64,000 nt of DNA. It comes from Candidatus Peribacteraceae bacterium (lineage in GTDB: Bacteria; Patescibacteriota; Gracilibacteria; Peribacterales; Peribacteraceae). The position numbers and the translations under genes were made by a program. Shown here one piece after another: positions 26,336 to 35,363 of the stretch. Location: positions 11,961 through 75,960 of the forward strand of contig JAQTSK010000001.1 of the NCBI GenBank assembly GCA_028711345.1. Reading direction: 5' to 3'. Position 1 is the stretch's first letter. Each line of letters opens with the position of its first letter. The notes under the pieces are model-generated. The model worked only from the letters and a program-made list of their open reading frames with translations, had not been told where the DNA came from and searched no databases.

Positions 26336-28027
26336 TCAGTACACCTCCTTCAGGTAACACTCCTCACACACCACTTTCTCCGTTCTCTCGGGAGCGCAGG
26401 TTGTTGAGATCTCCTTTTGGCATATGGCGCATGATCTATGCCACAGCTTCCGCGGATTCCGAAGCGCCAATCGTCGATCGTACCGTTCATCCGGATGGAG
26501 ATGGGGGATCGGTAGTCGCTGACGGCGGTAAAACTCCAGTTCCTGCTTCACGATCCGGAACGGTCTTTTGGTCGCTTCGCAGACCACTGCCCAATTCAGA
26601 ACATCATCCGGGATTTGTTCAATGGCGTCCGGAAGATCCGATGCATCGATTGTCTTCGTAACATTCGGTTTCTTATCCGTGACAGTTCGCCAGTAGAAGC
26701 CGCGTTCTTTGGCTTCTGTTTCGGTTAACGGCAGATATTCCTGAGCGAGTGTTTCGTTGTAGCCGAAGGGGGAGAGTGTTGAGGGGAAGAACCGTCCGAA
26801 TTCTTTCGCGGATTGCATGTGCTCAATAATCTTCGGCATCAATTCTTCGTATTCTTTCTTGGTGTGCTGCTTATTCAGGATGCAGTATTTCTTTTGGCGC
26901 AGACCGGAACATCCGAAACAGTCGCTGCAGCTGAAGCAGTATTCGCAGTAGAGCAGATTCTGGCTATGGAAGACGTAGAGACAGTACGCAACATTGTAGG
27001 TTTCGATGGTGCCGAGTGTTTCGAAGGCCAGCTCCGGCTTCAGGTACATATTCGAACAGTCGTACACGTCTTTCACGTTCACGCCGACGGTGACGTATCT
27101 GGAATCCTGACTCTCGTTCACGTCGTAGCATTCGGTACAGCGTTGCGAGTTTTCAATGAAGTCGCCGGTGCAGTCCTCGCTGTTCACGATGTGCACTGCG
27201 CGATGGATCATTGATTTCCGAAGTTCTGCAAGTTTCTGTTTCATTTCTTCCATCTTCGTGTGCGAGCCACGGAATTCTTCGATTTTCTGTAGATACTCTT
27301 CCTTGGGCAGCGGCTTGTTTCCGAAGTGGTACTGCTTTTTGTGGAGATTGGAGCACAGGCAGCAATCGCTGCAGCCGATCAGGTCGGTCGAGAACAGGCA
27401 GTCGCGGCAGTTCTTGGAGAAGGAGACCGATGTGCAGTTGTACGAATCGTAGACGGAGAAGCAGTCGTAACAGAGCTCACTGCCGTACAGGAGTGAGCAA
27501 TCGACCGAGCTTCGGCAACTCTGGTACAGCTTGCCGTACAGGCAGTCCTCGTCGTACTCGGACGAATTGATGAGGTAGCAGTTCTTGGAATACGCGGTTC
27601 CCGCCGTGAAATCGCAATTATCGTTCGCCAGAAGCATCATGCCCATGCGCGGAGAGGCTTTGTGCAGATTTGCAAACTGGTCGAAGAACGGGCGCGAGAA
27701 GTCGTACGCTCTTCCCTGTCCCATTCCGTCTCGCTTGTGATCATTCCAATCTTCCGGTGTGAAGACGATGTCCGACTCTCCCCAGAGCGGCTCCTCGTGG
27801 TAGATGGATACCATTTCCTTCCCATTCGCCACTTTTCGCTTGTAGAACGCACGCTCGTTGCGGTGGCAGGTTCGGATCCGAAGCCGGCATTCCGGACAGA
27901 AGACCGGTAGCGGGGGATTGATTGATTCTTTCCCGAAGGTGAAGGTCATTTTCTTCAGGAATGTTTCTTCATCGGGGGTGATTTCGAAGGATTGATGGCA
28001 GTGGGGGTTGGCGCAGGTCTTGAGCAT
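26336..28027 (-). CDS. Cysteine-rich zinc-ribbon repeat protein, paralogue A (uncharacterised family)
   Basis: Collinear with 28143-, 30911-, 32742- and 35452- copies. Starts MLKTCANPHC and ends VVCEECYLKEVY. The start is set at the ATG homologous to the other copies; TATACT lies 7 nt upstream. Confidence 0.85.
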   Translation of the reverse strand: MLKTCANPHCHQSFEITPDEETFLKKMTFTFGKESINPPLPVFCPECRLRIRTCHRNERAFYKRKVANGKEMVSIYHEEPLWGESDIVFTPEDWNDHKRDGMGQGRAYDFSRPFFDQFANLHKASPRMGMMLLANDNCDFTAGTAYSKNCYLINSSEYDEDCLYGKLYQSCRSSVDCSLLYGSELCYDCFSVYDSYNCTSVSFSKNCRDCLFSTDLIGCSDCCLCSNLHKKQYHFGNKPLPKEEYLQKIEEFRGSHTKMEEMKQKLAELRKSMIHRAVHIVNSEDCTGDFIENSQRCTECYDVNESQDSRYVTVGVNVKDVYDCSNMYLKPELAFETLGTIETYNVAYCLYVFHSQNLLYCEYCFSCSDCFGCSGLRQKKYCILNKQHTKKEYEELMPKIIEHMQSAKEFGRFFPSTLSPFGYNETLAQEYLPLTETEAKERGFYWRTVTDKKPNVTKTIDASDLPDAIEQIPDDVLNWAVVCEATKRPFRIVKQELEFYRRQRLPIPHLHPDERYDRRLALRNPRKLWHRSCAICQKEISTTCAPERTEKVVCEECYLKEVY

Positions 28028-28072
28028 CCGGAGAAGTATAGAGTATGAAGTATTGTGTATGGTCCAAAATTT

Positions 28073-28136
28073 CCGTAGCTGGGGCATCGTGCCCCAGTGA
28101 CATGACATTACACGGGCACGATGCCCGTGCTGCGGG
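28073..28136. terminator. Double GC-rich hairpin (GGGGCATCGTGCCCC / CGGGCACGATGCCCG) downstream of paralogue B
   Basis: Two perfect short palindromes around a CGAT/ATCG core. Related to hairpins at 30855-30875 and 32686-32706. Confidence 0.5.
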
Positions 28137-28142
28137 AACAAT

Positions 28143-29792
28143 TCAATACACTTCCTTCAAATAGCACTCCTCGCAGTAAATCTTCTCCGGCTTCGAAGGT
28201 TCGTATGAGCTCTCCAGCTCTTTTCCACACTTCATGCATTCTCTCTTCCACAATTGACGCGGATTCCTCCGCCGGATGCGTCCAACGTGGCGTTCATCGA
28301 AGCAGAGGCGCGGCAGAGGCAGGTTGTGTTCGCGGTAGAGCGCCAGTTCCTGCGGGATGATCTTGAAGGGCTTGCCCGTCTTGGCACATGTCAGGATCTT
28401 TTGCACGATGTCATCCGGCACGTCCCTGATGTCGTCCGGTGTCCGGGAGTTCGGCCCTTGGTAGGCGGAAGTTTGGCTGTCCGTGTCTTCTTTCCATTTC
28501 CACCCGCGCTTCTCCGCCTCCTTCTGCGTGAGCGGGAAGTACTCCTGTGCAACGGTCTCGTTATAGCCGAAGGGTGAAAGGGACGGTGGCAGGGGTAGCC
28601 CCCATTCACCGGACTTCTTCATGTGCGAGACGATCTTCGCCTTGAGCTTCTCGTACTCTTCCTTGGAGTATTGTTTATTCAGGATGCAGTAGCGCTTCTT
28701 CTTCAGTCCCGAGCAGGCGAAGCAGTCCTCGCAGTACTGGCAGTGATCCAGATACTGGCTGTTCTTGGAGTAGAAGCTCACGAACGTAAATTGCGTGTTG
28801 TACTGGCCGATCGTTGAGATGGTGCCGTAGGTGCGTTCGCAGTGGTCCACGACGACGTGACCGTCCCAGCAGTCCTTGGACTTGAAGCTGAAGATCAGAT
28901 AGCCGCAGTCCTCCAGATCGCCCGAGTCGTAGCATTCGGTGCAGTTCCTGCAGTTGACGATGTGGTCGCCCGTGACGTTCTCGTTGCCGTTACCGTCGTA
29001 GTACTGGTGGATCTGCTGTGCACCGGCTCTCGTCCGGAATGCCGAAGTCGCCGCGTCCAATGCGCCCAGATTGCCGGTATTCAGTTCCTTGAGTTTCTGT
29101 CTAAAGTCCTCTTTGGAGTGCGGCTCGTTGAAGATGTGGAATTCCTTATTCCGGAGACCGAAGCACCCGAAGCAGTCGGCGCAGCCCTTGCAGTCACTCA
29201 GGAAGAAACTGTCGCGGCAGTTGTGGCTGCGCTCGGAGAAGGCGAGGTTGTAGGATTCCGAACAGTCGATGCATTCCATTAAGAGTGTGCTCTTGAAGCA
29301 GTTCAGGCACTCGATGCACGACGTGCAGCTGTCGATGCCGTAGGAGTAGTAGCACTCTTCGTTGTGGTCCGAGACGAAGATCATGTAGCAGTTCTTGTCC
29401 TGCTGCGCGCCGTTGGTAAAGTCACTGTTGACGTTCTGGGACGTGAAGACCGAGATCTTCGGTGTGGCCAGCATCAGTTCATTGAACTGTTCGAAGAACG
29501 GACGGTTGAAATTATAGTCCCGTCCCTGCTCCTGCCCGTCCCACTTGTCGGTGTGCCACTCGTGCTGGTCGTAGACTTTATACGGACTGTCCGGCGAATA
29601 CACCGAGATGATCTGCTTGCCGGTGAGGTCGCACTTGCGGTGGTAAAGCTTGCGTTCGTTGCGCCAGGCGAACCGTTGCTGCCTGCGGCAGGTGGGGCAC
29701 AGAGAGGGCAGAGGCATGTCGATGCCTTTCAGGAATTCTTTCTCAGCGGGCTGAACGGTGAATGCCGATTGGCAGTGAGTGCAGGGGGGCAT
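28143..29792 (-). CDS. Cysteine-rich zinc-ribbon repeat protein, paralogue B
   Basis: Starts MPPCTHCQSAF and ends IYCEECYLKEVY. The 46-codon upstream extension in the ORF track has no counterpart in the other copies. Confidence 0.8.
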   Translation of the reverse strand: MPPCTHCQSAFTVQPAEKEFLKGIDMPLPSLCPTCRRQQRFAWRNERKLYHRKCDLTGKQIISVYSPDSPYKVYDQHEWHTDKWDGQEQGRDYNFNRPFFEQFNELMLATPKISVFTSQNVNSDFTNGAQQDKNCYMIFVSDHNEECYYSYGIDSCTSCIECLNCFKSTLLMECIDCSESYNLAFSERSHNCRDSFFLSDCKGCADCFGCFGLRNKEFHIFNEPHSKEDFRQKLKELNTGNLGALDAATSAFRTRAGAQQIHQYYDGNGNENVTGDHIVNCRNCTECYDSGDLEDCGYLIFSFKSKDCWDGHVVVDHCERTYGTISTIGQYNTQFTFVSFYSKNSQYLDHCQYCEDCFACSGLKKKRYCILNKQYSKEEYEKLKAKIVSHMKKSGEWGLPLPPSLSPFGYNETVAQEYFPLTQKEAEKRGWKWKEDTDSQTSAYQGPNSRTPDDIRDVPDDIVQKILTCAKTGKPFKIIPQELALYREHNLPLPRLCFDERHVGRIRRRNPRQLWKRECMKCGKELESSYEPSKPEKIYCEECYLKEVY

Positions 29793-29909
29793 GGGAGTGG
29801 GCAGTGAAGTAGAAGAAGGTAAGAAGCAAGGAGAGCGGGTCTGCTGCCTCGCAGTCAATACACGATGTGTCGTGCAGTAGTGGCAGGCCGGACGCAATTG
29901 TATTGACAG

Positions 29910-29931
29910 AATGTTACAAATCAATAACATT
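29910..29931. promoter_or_regulatory. 7-bp perfect inverted repeat AATGTTA-N8-TAACATT overlapping a TTGACA-N16-TAACAT promoter-like pair
   Basis: Seen directly in sequence. Lies between paralogue B and the TrmB-like gene. Candidate operator. Confidence 0.3.
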
Positions 29932-30025
29932 GCAATTATCAGCTAGGATTACGAATTTCATATATTGCTTTAAATAAGCTGAAATATTAGATTCTTGTTT
30001 ACTGTAGTAATTTCATTACAACACT

Positions 30026-30787
30026 ATGATTACCACCGAATTACAGGGACTTGGTCTCTCTTCCGAGGAAGCGAAAGTCTATTACGCACTCCTGCAACTT
30101 GGCGGCTCGTATGTCAGCGCTATCGCAAAAAAAGCGGACGTGCACCGCGTGGTCTGTTACAAAATTCTCGACGAGCTGGTCGAGCGAGGATTGGTCAGCA
30201 GTTTTACCAAGGACAACGTCAAACATTTCGCCGTGGAGAGCCCGAAAATTCTCGTCCAGAAGCAGCAGGAGAAGCTGACCAAGGCGCAGAAGCTCCTGCC
30301 GGAGCTCCTTTCCATCACCAACGCGCTCGCGTACAAGCCGAAAATCCAGTACTACGAGGGGCTGGAGGGGATGAAGAACATTTTCGAGGACACGCTGACG
30401 GCGACCGGTGAGATGCTCGGCTACACGAATCTGGAGGACATACCGAAAGTATTTCCGAAGGAGTATCTGAAGGAATGGGCTGTTCGTAAAGTTGCGAGGA
30501 ATCTCAAGACGCGGATGCTCTCACCGCACACGCCGGCTGCGCTCAGGTATTTGAAGACGTACTATCCGAAGGGGTTCGATCCGAATCTGGTGGAGATTCT
30601 CTTCGTGAATCCTCGGGAGTTCCACTTCGAGTACGAGATCACCATCTATGGGGACAAAGTCGCCATTCTTTCGCTGAACCCGGACGAGCGCATGGGACTG
30701 ATCATCGAGAGTCCGATCTACGCCAAAACGCAGCGCGCGGCGTTCCAACTGGCGTGGCTCGGCGCTACTTCATTTATTGCAAAGTGA
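30026..30787 (+). CDS. TrmB-family (winged-helix) transcriptional regulator
   Basis: N-terminal LGLSSEEAKVYYALLQLGGSYVSAIAKKADVHRVVCYKILDELVERGLV is typical of the TrmB HTH. Confidence 0.6.
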   Translation: MITTELQGLGLSSEEAKVYYALLQLGGSYVSAIAKKADVHRVVCYKILDELVERGLVSSFTKDNVKHFAVESPKILVQKQQEKLTKAQKLLPELLSITNALAYKPKIQYYEGLEGMKNIFEDTLTATGEMLGYTNLEDIPKVFPKEYLKEWAVRKVARNLKTRMLSPHTPAALRYLKTYYPKGFDPNLVEILFVNPREFHFEYEITIYGDKVAILSLNPDERMGLIIESPIYAKTQRAAFQLAWLGATSFIAK

Positions 30788-30817
30788 GGGAAGTAGTTGC
30801 GCGAGCCTTTGGTGAGC

Positions 30818-30902
30818 GGTCAGGCGAATGTCGCGTTCGCCGGTACTTCAGCTGCGCAGGCACGATGCCTGCGTGACCGCTTGCCCGAGGCGCGCGTTAC
30901 GA
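30818..30902. repeat. ~85-bp triple-hairpin 3' flank of paralogue C, duplicated at 32649-32732
   Basis: ggcgaatgtcgcgttcgcc ... gcgcaggcacgatgcctgcgtgaccgcttgcccgaggcgcgcgttacg is almost identical to the flank of paralogue D. Confidence 0.8.
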
Positions 30903-30910
30903 TTTGTGGA

Positions 30911-32587
30911 TCAGTACACTTCCTTCAGATAGCAGGATTCACAGTACACAATTTCGGGTCTTTCCGGCGAGTATGTTGTCTCCATCTCCTTCCCGCATTT
31001 CCCACAATTCCTCTTCCACAGCTTCCGCGGATTCCGGAGCGCCATCCTCCGCCGATGACGTTCGTCGGGATGGAAGCGGGGGACGGGCACATGCATTTGA
31101 CGGTAGAAGTCCAATTCCTGCTTGATGATCCGGAATGGCCTCTTCGTCGCGTCGCATTCGATGGCCCAGTTCAGGATGTCGTCGGGAATCTGATCGATGC
31201 GATCAGGAAGTTGTGCCGCGGGAATGATGTGATCAACATTGGGGATCTCGTCAGTTTGTACTCTCCAGTGCCATCCGCGGGTTTCGACGTCATGTTGTGT
31301 CAGAGGAAAATCTTCCTGAGCGATGCTGAGGTTATAGGGGAAGAACGAAGAGTGTGCAGAGAGGAATTCGCCCCATTCGTTCGTTTTTCTCATGTGTCCG
31401 ATAATCCGTGGTACTAGTTCTTCATATTCGGCTTTCATATACTGTTTGTTGAGTACGCAGTACTGCTTGTGACGCAGGCCGACACATCCGAAGCAATGCT
31501 TGCAGGAGAAACATTCTTCCGAGTAGAGCATGTCATCGTCATCCCAGACGTAGAGTGAGAACAGGCAGCGGTTTGCCCTGACTCCGCTCAGACATTCGTA
31601 GAGCAGCTCCGCATTCGGACAGTAGTGCGCGTCACGGCAATCCTTCGCTCCTTGCGGAACCGGCACCATGAAGGAGCAGTCTTCCAGATTGATTGCATCA
31701 TACGAATTTACCGTATTCCGGCAATTGCGCAGATGATCCCCCGTGCAGTTCTCGCATTGGACCAGATGGGAGGCTCGCGTCGTCAGTGTTCGAGCGTAGG
31801 AACGGAAATTCTCTTCGGTTCGCAACAGTTCCGAGTGATTTCTGAGTGCCGTCTTCAGAGCTTCAACCTGTTCTCCGGTTGATGGTGCATTGTTGATCCA
31901 GTGACTTTTGTTGACCAGATTTTTGCAGCCGATGCAGTCATTGCACCCGCGGCAATCATCACAGAACAGCAACCCGCTTCCCGTATCGCAGTCTTTGCAG
32001 TGTTGGCAGGAATTCAGTCCGTGGCAATGAATGCACTCGTAGCAGAGTTCGCAGCCTGTGACGCGGTAGCAATCGCAGCAATCGCGGGAATCATTTGCCT
32101 GATAACAATGCAGGGAGTTTTCGTTGACGACGCAGGATGTGCAGAGGTAGCAGTGTTTCGTGAAGGCGCAGAACGAGCAGTAGGCGCTTCCCTCGTCATT
32201 TGTGTCGATCGTCCCCAGGCGAGGCACCGTTGTTCGGAGAGATTGGAATTGAGAGAAGAAATCTTCCGATTCACTGAAGGAACGGCCGAATGTCAGAGGA
32301 TCCCAGTTCTCCCCCCACCAACTTTCTTTGTCATAGACTGTACAGGGACTATCCGGCGGATAGATAGTAATGAGCGGACGTCCGGACAGTGCACAGTGCC
32401 TCCTGTACAGGTGTCGTTCATTCCTGTGGGAAAATCTCCTCTGCATTCTGCAGCCTGGACACAATGTCGGTGGTGGAACCAATTCTCTCCTCTCTTTGAA
32501 TACCGGACTCACTTTTTCGTAGAATTCCAGATCGGTATCGGAGATCTCGAAGTGCTGACGGCACCAAGCGTTGAGACAGGTCGGCAT
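30911..32587 (-). CDS. Cysteine-rich zinc-ribbon repeat protein, paralogue C
   Basis: Starts MPTCLNAWCRQHFEIS and ends IVYCESCYLKEVY. I count 45 Cys in 558 aa. Confidence 0.85.
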   Translation of the reverse strand: MPTCLNAWCRQHFEISDTDLEFYEKVSPVFKERRELVPPPTLCPGCRMQRRFSHRNERHLYRRHCALSGRPLITIYPPDSPCTVYDKESWWGENWDPLTFGRSFSESEDFFSQFQSLRTTVPRLGTIDTNDEGSAYCSFCAFTKHCYLCTSCVVNENSLHCYQANDSRDCCDCYRVTGCELCYECIHCHGLNSCQHCKDCDTGSGLLFCDDCRGCNDCIGCKNLVNKSHWINNAPSTGEQVEALKTALRNHSELLRTEENFRSYARTLTTRASHLVQCENCTGDHLRNCRNTVNSYDAINLEDCSFMVPVPQGAKDCRDAHYCPNAELLYECLSGVRANRCLFSLYVWDDDDMLYSEECFSCKHCFGCVGLRHKQYCVLNKQYMKAEYEELVPRIIGHMRKTNEWGEFLSAHSSFFPYNLSIAQEDFPLTQHDVETRGWHWRVQTDEIPNVDHIIPAAQLPDRIDQIPDDILNWAIECDATKRPFRIIKQELDFYRQMHVPVPRFHPDERHRRRMALRNPRKLWKRNCGKCGKEMETTYSPERPEIVYCESCYLKEVY

Positions 32588-32593
32588 GTGAAA

Positions 32594-32602
32594 AGTGTAT
32601 CA
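32594..32602 (-). promoter_or_regulatory. Extended -10 TGATACACT, 6 nt upstream of the paralogue C ATG
   Basis: Minus strand reads TGATACACT-tttcac-ATG(32587). Confidence 0.45.
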
Positions 32603-32648
32603 GAGGAGGTACCGAAAGAACTGATGTGGCGCACCGCCTCCGGCGTGC

Positions 32649-32732
32649 GGTCGGGCGAACGTCGCGTTCGCCGGCTTCGCACCTGCGCAGGCACGATGCC
32701 TGCGTGACCGCTTGCCCGAGGCGCGCGTTACG
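32649..32732. repeat. Second copy of the triple-hairpin 3' flank (downstream of paralogue D)
   Basis: See 30818-30902. Confidence 0.8.
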
Positions 32733-32741
32733 GCATACGGG

Positions 32742-34436
32742 TTAGTACACTTCCTTCAAATAGCACTCCTCACAATAGACGATCTCGGGACGATCGGGTG
32801 CGTAGCTTGTCGCCATCGATTTGTGACACTTCGCACATTCTCTCTTCCACAGCTTCCGCGGATTTCGGAGCGCCATCCTCCGCCGATGACGTTCGTCGGG
32901 ATGCAGGCGGGGGACGGGCACATGCATTTGTCGGTAGAAGTGCAATTCCTGTTTCATGATTCGAAATGGCCTCTTCGTCGCGTCGCATTCGATTGCCCAG
33001 TTCAGGATGTCGTCCGGGATTTGGTCGATGGAATCCGGCAGTTGATTCGCCGGGATGATTCTGTCGACTTTGGGGATTTCATCCGATTCGTCTTTCCATT
33101 TCCATGCTCGCTTCAATACCTCTTCTTTCGTGAGCGGGAAATACTCCTGCGCGACGGTCTCGTTATAAGGAAAGGGAGACATGGAGAGAGGGAAGTACTG
33201 CCCCCACTCCTTCGTACTTCTCATGTGCTCGACGATCTTCGGAATCAAGGTTTCATACTCATCTTTCGAATACTGCTTGTTCAGGATGCAGTAGTTTCCG
33301 CTGCGGAATCCGGCGCAGCCGAAACAGTTCTTCGTCTGGTGGCACTGGAGGCAGTAGAGGAGATCTGCGCAGCTGCTGACGCAGTCGAAGCAGAAGTGTA
33401 TGCCCGCGGAGCCGTGTCCGATGGTACCGCTGTTACTGACACGTTCGATGCCCTCGCCGAACGAGGAAACATCCATGCAGTCTTTCGCGCGGTAGACCGA
33501 GTCGCAGTAGCGCAGATCCTGCGCTTCCCCGATGTTGAAGCAGGTGCTGCACCGCTGCGCGTTCGTGATGTAGTCGCCGGAAGAATCTTCTGCCTGCACG
33601 ACGGCGCAGAACTTGCGGGGATAGGCGAGCGAGAATTGATGGAAGCGCTCCATGAGGTCATCCATCGTCGATTCATCCATGAGTTGTTTGAGCCGTCGTG
33701 TGTAGTCGTCCTTCGTTAGCTGTTCATTCCACAGGCAGTATTTCTTACTTACCAGATTGCAGCTGAAGGCGCAGTCACTGCAGCCGGTGCAACTCAAGAG
33801 GAAGATCCCCGTATTGCAGTTTCCGCAGCGCTGGCAATGGTCAAGGGCATAGCAATCCGTGCAGTCCACACATTCGTGGCAGAGCTGCGAACCGGACACG
33901 TACGAACAGTCGATACAGTCTTTCGAGTGCTTGATGACGTTGGAGTAGCTGCAGTCCTCGTTGTAATCCGAATCGAAGATGAGGTAGCTGTTTTTGTTCC
34001 ATCCTGCGAAGTTCACGTACTCGCTGTTCATCTTCTTCATATCGGAGGTGCCCACGTTCTGGAGCCTCGGCACCTTGATGCACAGCTCGGCAAGTTGTTC
34101 GAAGAAGGGGCGTGAGAAATCGATGTCCCTTCCGAAGTCACGCGCATCCCACTTGTCCGACCACCAGCCGGCTGTGGAATAGACGGGGAAGGGAGCACCG
34201 GCCGGATACATCGAGATGATGGTCTCTCCGGTCAGATCACATGTGCGTTTGTGCAACTTGCGCTCGTTGCGGAAGGAGAGCCTCTGCTGTTGTCGGCAGT
34301 CGGGACAGTGGTCCGGCGGAGGAATGGGAATCGTCTTCCCCGCTATGACAGGGGAGATCTTTTCACTGAACTCACGATCGTCCTCTGTGATCTCGAAGGG
34401 CTGACGGCACCAGGGGTTGGCACAAGTCTTGAGCAT
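32742..34436 (-). CDS. Cysteine-rich zinc-ribbon repeat protein, paralogue D
   Basis: Starts MLKTCANPWCRQPFEIT and ends IVYCEECYLKEVY. Confidence 0.85.
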   Translation of the reverse strand: MLKTCANPWCRQPFEITEDDREFSEKISPVIAGKTIPIPPPDHCPDCRQQQRLSFRNERKLHKRTCDLTGETIISMYPAGAPFPVYSTAGWWSDKWDARDFGRDIDFSRPFFEQLAELCIKVPRLQNVGTSDMKKMNSEYVNFAGWNKNSYLIFDSDYNEDCSYSNVIKHSKDCIDCSYVSGSQLCHECVDCTDCYALDHCQRCGNCNTGIFLLSCTGCSDCAFSCNLVSKKYCLWNEQLTKDDYTRRLKQLMDESTMDDLMERFHQFSLAYPRKFCAVVQAEDSSGDYITNAQRCSTCFNIGEAQDLRYCDSVYRAKDCMDVSSFGEGIERVSNSGTIGHGSAGIHFCFDCVSSCADLLYCLQCHQTKNCFGCAGFRSGNYCILNKQYSKDEYETLIPKIVEHMRSTKEWGQYFPLSMSPFPYNETVAQEYFPLTKEEVLKRAWKWKDESDEIPKVDRIIPANQLPDSIDQIPDDILNWAIECDATKRPFRIMKQELHFYRQMHVPVPRLHPDERHRRRMALRNPRKLWKRECAKCHKSMATSYAPDRPEIVYCEECYLKEVY

Positions 34437-34442
34437 GCAGAA

Positions 34443-34451
34443 AGTGTATCA
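34443..34451 (-). promoter_or_regulatory. Extended -10 TGATACACT, 6 nt upstream of the paralogue D ATG and 2 nt after the STAS-like gene stop
   Basis: Minus strand reads TAG-cg-TGATACACT-ttctgc-ATG(34436). Confidence 0.45.
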
Positions 34452-34453
34452 CG

Positions 34454-34765
34454 CTACTCCATAAGCACCTTCTCCCCCCACTCCTCCCTTAGGAACGCGA
34501 GCGTCTTGCGGACGGTGATGTTGTCCTGCGTGTGGATGAGCCGCACGTGACCCCCATGCGCCTCGGCGATCGATGTGATGAACTCGTCGGCAAAGGACGG
34601 AGTCAGTACTTCCACACCTGCAAAATCAATCACGATATCTCTGAATTCTCCGCTGATAACGTCCACTTGGGCAATCGGAATTCTGCTGATGATCGCGAGA
34701 TATGCCTCACGCCCGGCAGGACGTGAATCCAGAATCGTGCCGACTTTGCGCATTTCAATGGTCAT
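34454..34765 (-). CDS. STAS-like domain protein (DUF4325-type)
   Basis: IVIDFAGVEVLTPSFADEFI core. The start is set at the ATG forming an ATGA overlap with the upstream ATPase stop. The longer 221-aa ORF is rejected. Confidence 0.55.
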   Translation of the reverse strand: MTIEMRKVGTILDSRPAGREAYLAIISRIPIAQVDVISGEFRDIVIDFAGVEVLTPSFADEFITSIAEAHGGHVRLIHTQDNITVRKTLAFLREEWGEKVLME

Positions 34766-35361
34766 GACGCTTTCCATGATACGACTGCGATGCATCCCGG
34801 TACAGCATTCGTTACGTTGGACCACAGTTCCTGCTTCTTCATCACCGCATACCGCGCATTGCCCGATTGGAATGCGAGATTCAATCCGTCCTCCAGCAAG
34901 ACGCTGCGAACGAACTTCAGTCCGTTGCCCCTGCGTTCCGGTGCTCTCCCCGAGAGACGTTCGAGGAAGGCAACGTGCAGCGCATCTTCGTCGGAATGGA
35001 GTGCGGGGCGTACCTGCCTGAGGGTTTGCAGAATTCCCTGACCGCGGTCGGCGATCACGATTGAACATGTCCCCGGTTTGCATTGCCACGAAAAGAGAAT
35101 TCCGGGCAGATCCTTCCATGCGCCGATGTTGTGATCAAATGCGTTGTTGCCGATCTCCCCGAGAACTGCGTGCAGGAGGAACGATTGATCGGCGGTCATG
35201 CCTGCACGGATCGCCTCGCTTCGACAGTGATCTATTCTTCCGGTGAAAACGTCACGTGTGGGACAGTATTGTTCCGCCATCGGTTCTGTGGCCGCCTGCG
35301 ATGAGGCCCATGCGAACGCACCTTGCAACAGTGGATCGTCGGCGAATGTCGGCTCGTTCAT
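34762..35361 (-). CDS. GHKL-superfamily (histidine-kinase-like / RsbW-SpoIIAB-like) ATPase
   Basis: N box GEIGNNAFDH, G1 box ADRGQGI and G2-like RRGNGLKF. First ATG is at 35361; the track start at 35367 is TTG. Confidence 0.55.
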   Translation of the reverse strand: MNEPTFADDPLLQGAFAWASSQAATEPMAEQYCPTRDVFTGRIDHCRSEAIRAGMTADQSFLLHAVLGEIGNNAFDHNIGAWKDLPGILFSWQCKPGTCSIVIADRGQGILQTLRQVRPALHSDEDALHVAFLERLSGRAPERRGNGLKFVRSVLLEDGLNLAFQSGNARYAVMKKQELWSNVTNAVPGCIAVVSWKAS

Positions 35362-35363
35362 GC

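Noticed and set aside
34454-35119. 221-aa version of the STAS-like ORF
   Set aside because: Its first 118 codons overlap the GHKL ATPase gene in another frame and are Arg/Gly-rich. The ATG at 34765 forms an ATGA overlap with the ATPase stop and leaves a normal-sized STAS-like domain.
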